From Lingula anatina (taxonomy: Eukaryota > Animalia > Brachiopoda), in the NCBI GenBank assembly GCA_051362555.1, contig CM120641.1, forward strand, positions 28,340,401 to 28,404,400: a stretch of DNA of 64,000 bases. Direction: 5' to 3'. Position 1 is the stretch's first letter; each line of letters opens with the position of its first letter. The position numbers were made by a program, and so were the translations under genes. Shown piece after piece: positions 62,601 through 64,000 of the stretch. The notes below the pieces were generated by a model. That model saw only the letters and a list, made by a program, of their open reading frames with translations, was not told the DNA's origin and did not search any database.

Positions 62601-64000
62601 GACATGGACTTCACTCTTGGATCCAAGCTAAGGTTAGTAAATTTTATTTTTCTTTGGTGGTGGGATGGGTAATTTGAAAATATCTTATCTTGCTTTTCAT
62701 TTCTTTTTACAGGACAAAGAAGATGATGAGCGACCCCAACCGGAACATGGACTTCACTCTTGGATCCAAGCTAAGGTTATTAAATTTTATTTTTTTTGGT
62801 AGTGGGATGGTTAAATTGAAAAAATCTAATCTTGTTTTTCATTTCTTTTTACAGGACAAAGAAGATGATGAGCAACCCCACCAGGACATGGACTTCACTC
62901 TTGGATCCAAGCTAAGGTTAGTAAATTTTATTTTTTTTGGTAGTGGGATGGGTAAATTGAAAATATCTAACCTTGTTTTTTATTTCTTTTTACAGGATAA
63001 AGAAGATGATGAGCAACCCCACCCGGACATGTACTTCACTCTTGGATCTGAGCTAAGGTTAGTAAATTTTATTTTAAGGGGGTAGTGGGATTGTTAATTT
63101 GAAAAAATCTAATCTAGTTTTTCATTTACTTTTACAGGACAAAGAAGATGATGAGCGACCCCACCCGGACATGGACTTCACTCTTGGATCCAAGCTAGGG
63201 TTAGTAAATTTTATTTTATGGGGGTAGTGGGATGGTTAAATTGAAAAAATCTAATCTACTTTTTCATTTCTTTTTACAGGACAAAGAAGATGATGAGCAA
63301 CCCCACCCGGACATGGACTTCACTCTTGGATCCAAGCTAAGGTTAGTAAATTTTATTTTTGTGGGTTAGTGGGATGGTTAAATTGAAAAATTCTAATCTA
63401 GTTTTTCATTTCTTTTTACAGGACAAAGAAGATGATGAGCGACCCTACCCGGACATGGACTTCACTCTTGAATCCAAGCTAAGGTTAGTAAATTTTATTT
63501 TTCTTTGGTGGTGGGATGGGTAATTTGAAAATATCTTATCTTGTTTTTCATTTCTTTTTACAGGACAAAGAAGATGATGAGCGACCCCACCCGGAACATG
63601 GACTTCACTCTTGGATCCAAGCTAAGGTTAGTAAATTTTATTTTTTGGGGGGTAGTGGGATGGTTAAATTGAAAAAATCTAATCTTGTTTTTCATTTCTT
63701 TTTACAGGACAAAGAAGACGATGAGCGACCCCAGCAGGACATGGACTTCACTCTTGGATCCAAGCTAAGGTTAGTAAATTTTTTTTTTTGGTAGTGGGAT
63801 GGGTAAATTGAAAATATCTAACCTTGTTTTTCATTTCTTTTTACAGGACAAAGAAGATGATGAGCAACCCCACCCGGACATGGACTTCACTCTTGGATCC
63901 AAGCTAAGGTTAGTAAATTTTATTTTAAGGGGGTAGTGGGATTGTTAATTTGAAAAAATCTAATCTAGTTTTTCATTTACTTTTACAGGACAAAGAAGAT
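29663..64000 (+). repeat. ~142-bp tandem satellite array (~240 monomers, runs off the window) with exon/intron-like monomer and higher-order repeats
   Basis: Consensus GACAAAGAAGATGATGAGCGACCCCACCCGGACATGGACTTCACTCTTGGATCCAAGCTAAG|GTTAGTAAATTTTATTTTTTGGGGGGTAGTGGGATGGTTAAATTGAAAAAATCTAATCTTGTTTTTCATTTCTTTTTACAG repeated head-to-tail without interruption. Confidence 0.98.

Noticed and set aside
31552-63794. Dozens of ORFs of the type MGGSGMVKLKKSNLVFHFFLQDKEDD...
   Set aside because: Unspliced read-through of satellite monomers; the frame depends on homopolymer length changes and breaks every 2-4 monomers.
29663-64000. CRISPR-like repeat/spacer array
   Set aside because: Eukaryotic context, no cas genes, and the variable parts are homologous to each other rather than unique spacers.
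29769-64000. One giant protein from constitutive splicing of all exon-like units
   Set aside because: 62-nt units shift the frame; the second joined unit reaches TAA (CCA AGC TAA) and the third frame has an early TGA.
29663-64000. CENP-B box, telomeric repeat, or tandem 5S/tRNA/snRNA/SL-RNA genes
   Set aside because: No TTCG....A..CGGG box, only occasional GGGTTA, and no recognisable Pol III A/B/C boxes or structural RNA sequence.

Overview
AT-rich eukaryotic (invertebrate, probably molluscan; inferred from the repeat families) genomic window with spliceosomal introns. The first 22.4 kb hold three intron-containing genes: the 3' part of a KDEL receptor (+), a complete 10-exon mitochondrial DNA polymerase gamma accessory subunit POLG2 (-, 379 aa), and a complete 12-exon diacylglycerol lipase beta-like gene (+, 705 aa) head-to-head with POLG2. 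Introns and the 23-29.6 kb interval carry MITEs (Harbinger-, Tc1/mariner- and TTAA-type), a solo LTR, Helentron/DINE-1-like elements and nested insertions. From ~29.66 kb to the window end (>34 kb, ~240 copies, still running) lies a ~142-bp tandem satellite with higher-order repeats. Each monomer is built like a spliceosomal exon+intron unit: GTTAGT donor, G-runs, CTAAY branch point, polypyrimidine tract, CAG acceptor and a 62/63-nt purine-rich exon. This 'exon satellite' is the most unusual feature. Whether it is transcribed and spliced cannot be seen from DNA alone.
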